Source of the DNA: Alphaproteobacteria bacterium
GTDB lineage: Bacteria; Pseudomonadota; Alphaproteobacteria; UBA7887
Assembly (NCBI GenBank): GCA_965216755.1
Contig: CBDCGL010000011.1
Coordinates: 4,000,001 to 4,064,000 of the forward strand
Length of the DNA: 64,000 bases
Direction: 5' to 3'
Each line of letters begins with the position of its first letter. Positions within the stretch are counted from its first letter, which is position 1. A model generated the notes under the pieces. It saw nothing but the letters and a program-made list of their open reading frames with translations. It made no database searches and had not been told where the DNA came from. This document shows positions 62,113-64,000 of this stretch, one piece after another. The position numbers and the translations under genes were made by a program.

Positions 62113-62952
62113 ATGATGGCGAGCGCAAGCGAAGGCGAGCCGGGCCACGCCGATCTGTTTGCCTTGGCGAGGTTGGCGGGCCGGACGGCCGTGGTGACGG
62201 GCTCGACCAGCGGCATCGGCTTGGGGATCGCCCAGTCCTTTGCGCGCGTCGGCATGGGGATTGTCTTGAACGGCCTGGAGACGGTGGACGAAGCTCAAGG
62301 TTTGTGTGACCAATTCGAACGCGAATTTGGCACGCGTCCGGACTATTCGCCGGCCAACATGGCGCAGCCCGACGACATTGCGGCGATGATCACGCGAGTG
62401 AGCGCTGAACGCGGCGGCGTGGACGTGTTGGTCAACAATGCCGGCATCCAGCATGTCGCACCGATCGAAGAGTTTCCGCCGGAAAGATGGGACGCCATTG
62501 CGGCAATCAATCTGGCTGCCGCCTTTCATGCCACGCGCGCCGTGGTGCCCGGGATGAAGACGCGTGGATGGGGGCGTGTGATCAATGTGGCGTCCGCACA
62601 TGGGCTGGTCGCCTCGCCGTTCAAGGCAGCCTACGTTGCCGCGAAACACGGCATGTTGGGCCTGACCAAGACGGTGGCGTTGGAAACCGCGCAAGACGAC
62701 ATCACGGTCAACGCCATTTGTCCGGGCTATGTCTGGACACCGTTGGTCGAGAAACAGATTCCGGATACCGCCAAGGCGCGCGGGATTAGTGAAGAAGAGG
62801 TCATCAAAAACGTAATATTGTCGGCCCAGCCGACCAAACAGTTCGTCACCACCGAACAAATCGGCGCGCTCGCCGTATTTCTTTGCAGCGACATGGCGGC
62901 ATCTATCACCGGGGCGGCAATCCCCATTGATGGTGGCTTTACGGCCCAATAA
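62113..62952 (+). CDS. bdhA: D-3-hydroxybutyrate dehydrogenase
   Basis: TGSTSGIG, NNAGIQH, SAHGLVASPFKAAYVAAKHG, CPGYVWTPLVEKQ, QPTKQF; start approximate. Confidence 0.92.
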   Translation: MMASASEGEPGHADLFALARLAGRTAVVTGSTSGIGLGIAQSFARVGMGIVLNGLETVDEAQGLCDQFEREFGTRPDYSPANMAQPDDIAAMITRVSAERGGVDVLVNNAGIQHVAPIEEFPPERWDAIAAINLAAAFHATRAVVPGMKTRGWGRVINVASAHGLVASPFKAAYVAAKHGMLGLTKTVALETAQDDITVNAICPGYVWTPLVEKQIPDTAKARGISEEEVIKNVILSAQPTKQFVTTEQIGALAVFLCSDMAASITGAAIPIDGGFTAQ

Positions 62953-62954
62953 CC

Positions 62955-63677
62955 ATGACGGCGGCTTCGGATGTGAAACCCGTCAACTTCGCGCTCCAGG
63001 GTGGCGGGGCTCATGGCGCCTTTGCCTGGGGCGTCTTGGACCAGGTCTTGGAGCATATCGTCGATATCGATGCGCTCTGTCGTTGCGACACGCCCCCACG
63101 GCTCCATATCAGCGCTACCAATGTTCGCACCGGCAAAATCAAGGTATTCGAGAATGCCGATATGAGCGCCGACGTGGTCCTGGCATCGGCGTGCTTGCCG
63201 TTCCGATTTCAGGCGGTCGAGATCAAGGGTGAGTTTTATTGGGACGGTGGCTTCATGGGCAACCCGGCGATTTTTCCACTGATCTACAAGTCCACGTCAA
63301 AGGACGTCATTATCGTTCACATCAATCCACAGCGGCGCGAGAGCGTGCCGAAGAGCGCGGCCGAAATCCACGATCGCTTAAATGAGATCACGTTCAATTC
63401 GTCACTGATGCGCGAAATGCGCGCGATCGCCTTCGTCTCCAAATTGATCGATGATGGGCGGCTGGATGGTGACAACTACAAGAGTATGCTGATCCACTCG
63501 CTGATTGGTGACGACGACATGGCGGACCTGAGCGCCGCCAGCAAAATGAGTCCGGATTGGGATTTCCTGTGCCATCTACGCGATAAAGGCCGCACGGTGG
63601 CGGCAAATTGGCTCAACGAGAATTTTGGCAATATCGGCGTCCGATCCAGTACCGATATTGTTGGCACTTTCCTTTGA
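62955..63677 (+). pseudogene. patatin-like phospholipase with an in-frame deletion removing the catalytic GxSxG
   Basis: LQGGGAHGAF and ASACLP/YWDGG are present but no G-x-S-x-G occurs; VLDQVLE is fused to HIVDIDAL. Confidence 0.75.
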
Positions 63678-63876
63678 GGCCCCCCCCCCGCGACGCTAGG
63701 TCGGTAAAACCATAAAGTTCCTATGGTTTTCGTCCGTTGAACAGATTGTGATCGGCGGCACCGATCTGTTGCGTGGATGTGGCCGCTCGGATAGCGTGAT
63801 CCGCGCCGTACTTAAGCTGTGGCTTGAACCAGCAAGTCCTTCCCAACTCATTTCGATACAGTCATTGGCGGATTGC

Positions 63877-64000
63877 GTGCCCTGGGAAAAAAAATACGAC
63901 GAGACCGACGTTGTCGTGAAAGCCATGCATGCCTTTTGGGCGCACGGTTACGGGGCGACGTCGGTAAACGACCTGGTGCGCGAGACCGGCGTTAATCGCG
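63877..64000 (+). CDS. TetR/AcrR-family regulator, 3'-truncated by window edge
   Basis: MPWEKKYDETDVVVKAMHAFWAHGYGATSVNDLVRETGVNR is a TetR HTH N-terminus. Confidence 0.85.
   Translation, partial: MPWEKKYDETDVVVKAMHAFWAHGYGATSVNDLVRETGVNR

Noticed and set aside
62089-62949. 286-aa ORF antisense to bdhA
   Set aside because: Mirror frame of an SDR gene; no independent motifs or RBS.

Overview
GC-rich alphaproteobacterial chromosome segment (Rhodospirillales-like gene order and protein style; this is an inference). Left part: a partial alpha/beta hydrolase, a DprE1/DprE2-like pair, ABC-F uup, RNase P RNA (rnpB) and a complete division/cell-wall (dcw) cluster mraZ-rsmH-ftsL-ftsI-murE-murF-mraY-murD-ftsW-murG-murC-murB-ddl-ftsQ-ftsA-ftsZ-lpxC. 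The usual continuation bamD-recN-ligA lies about 21.5 kb further on. The intervening block carries nucleotide-sugar genes (fcl, gmhB, gmhA, UDP-sugar dehydrogenase, manC), apt, a MORN-repeat/sensorless histidine kinase/diguanylate cyclase module, a stand-alone SoxCD-like pair, ComDE-like and other ThDP enzymes, a YihU-like reductase, ETF-QO, hisN and a secreted cyclase-family protein. Right part: DUF1499, aminopeptidase P, prmA, nitronate monooxygenase, 2-hydroxyacid dehydrogenase, an orphan secreted protein with an AT-rich palindromic upstream region (perfect FNR/FixK box), cytochrome c, uvrD, bdhA and two genes with in-frame internal deletions. No CRISPR array, tRNA, rRNA, integrase or transposase was seen. 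Best leads: the MORN/stressosome-type kinase/DGC module; a possible novel organosulfonate (or phosphonate) module; a LexA-type box upstream of the dcw cluster; and an unlisted 59-aa gene overlapping prmA. All protein calls rest on recognised motifs and recalled family sequences, not database searches.
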